Shown one piece after another: positions 62,908-64,000 of a DNA stretch of 64,000 nt (within the stretch, counting starts at the first letter, position 1; each line of letters begins with the position of its first letter). The notes beneath the pieces were generated by a model. The model was not told the DNA's origin and made no database searches. It saw only the letters and a program-made list of their open reading frames with translations. The position numbers and the translations under genes were made by a program. This DNA is from Laetmonice hystrix (lineage: Eukaryota): positions 5,890,001 to 5,954,000 of the forward strand of contig OZ249441.1 in assembly GCA_965235115.1 (NCBI GenBank), in the 5' to 3' direction.

Positions 62908-63389
62908 GGTGAGGAGGAAGAGAGAGGCCGGGGAAATGACGGCTTTAGTATGTACGGCTAGTTTAGAAATAAGTTGAGGCTTGATACAGGTCTGTCTGTC
63001 CTATTTGATCTCGTACGTATGGACACAGGCCTACATACGCCTACATGCCACACGATTGTCGTCTGCTCAGGAAGCCGCGTCCTGCTCACTCACCGTGGAA
63101 AGCGGGCCATGCCGGACCATGCTCCCATGACATGTATGTCAGCTATGTGCGTGAGTGTTCAGGGCCGTAGTCTGGCCCAAATACGGGGGCAGTAGGCCTG
63201 CCGCGTGATAGCGCGTCATTGCGCCGGTCGAGCTGGCCCGGGGCGGGTAAAAAAACAACTAGAAATCCCAGGGAGGGCAGCTACCCCCTTGCCCCCCCCC
63301 CCTCCCGCAGGCTACGGCCCTGTGTATAGACCTCTTCTCACGGAAACACTAGTGTATGACCGAAACATGCGGGTATTCCCCCATGGTAA

Positions 63390-63552
63390 CTTCCCCATAC
63401 ATTTTTGGCAGGGTTTCGGGTTAAGGTCAGGTATAGGGATAGGATAGGGATATGTTTTTGGGAGGTGTAGGGGCCGGGGTTAGGATTAGGGATAAAGTCA
63501 GGGCTATGGATCGTTACTTCAGACTAAACTTCGTGTGGGTTAAGTTACCACG
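63390..63552 (-). mobile_element. Dispersed repeat with a degenerate cctaac-rich core, copy B (inverted relative to A)
   Basis: Shares aacgatccat...cccctacacctcccaaaaac...tatccctat...ctgacctta with copy A. Confidence 0.75.
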
Positions 63553-64000
63553 TATGGGAAGAAAGGCCAGAGCAACATGACTAAGGTAAAACGGTGGGAC
63601 CCTGTTGACCTATGATGAAGCTTATTTTTGAATTAATTTTGGAACTATATGCGTGACGCGGCAAAACTAAGTTAACCTTGTCGAAAGCCCACCTGGAGAT
63701 GGTTTTATGAGGAGTGTAGTAAATTGGTTGACTTTTTTTTTGCCAGTTGGGTTTTCCAGTCTGGAGACTGCTGCACGCTGATAGGTCCCGACCATATACG
63801 TAAAACTAGCCTATGGGGCGGGACCAGGTGTGGCTGTAGATGCTGGCGCTGATTCCGTCCACCAAAAGGACATGTGTTAGTGAGTTGGCATGATGTCTTA
63901 GTAAGTTTCTGGACGAGAGAACGGATGCACAAACTGTTTCTAGATGGGAAGAAAGACCAGGATTACACCTAGCTATCCACTATACACCTTCGATAATGTG

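Overview
Eukaryotic, metazoan-type genomic DNA, probably from a marine invertebrate such as a mollusc (inferred from the SINE and MITE types; not proven). It is intron- and repeat-rich, with one 146-N assembly gap. One gene reconstructs with confidence: a three-exon, minus-strand calmodulin-like gene (62907-62761, 61624-61524, 60632-60437; 147 aa; four EF-hands). The ORF track catches only its last exon. About 15 kb (roughly 23%, hand-summed) lies in more than 20 tandem arrays with units of 7-334 bp, mostly unrelated to each other. These arrays produce nearly all the long ORFs in the track. The rest holds MITEs, SINE remnants, a Helitron/Helentron-like element and scattered candidate exons I could not assign. 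The best observation is that the 3' splice site and first 62 nt of the calmodulin-like last exon are tandemly repeated five times, and only the innermost copy gives an intact protein. Several other arrays also appear to straddle exon/intron junctions. A weaker lead is a plus-strand exon pair near 34.6-35.2 kb whose peptide resembles the start of the eukaryotic RdRP domain. No CRISPR array, rRNA or intact tRNA was seen.
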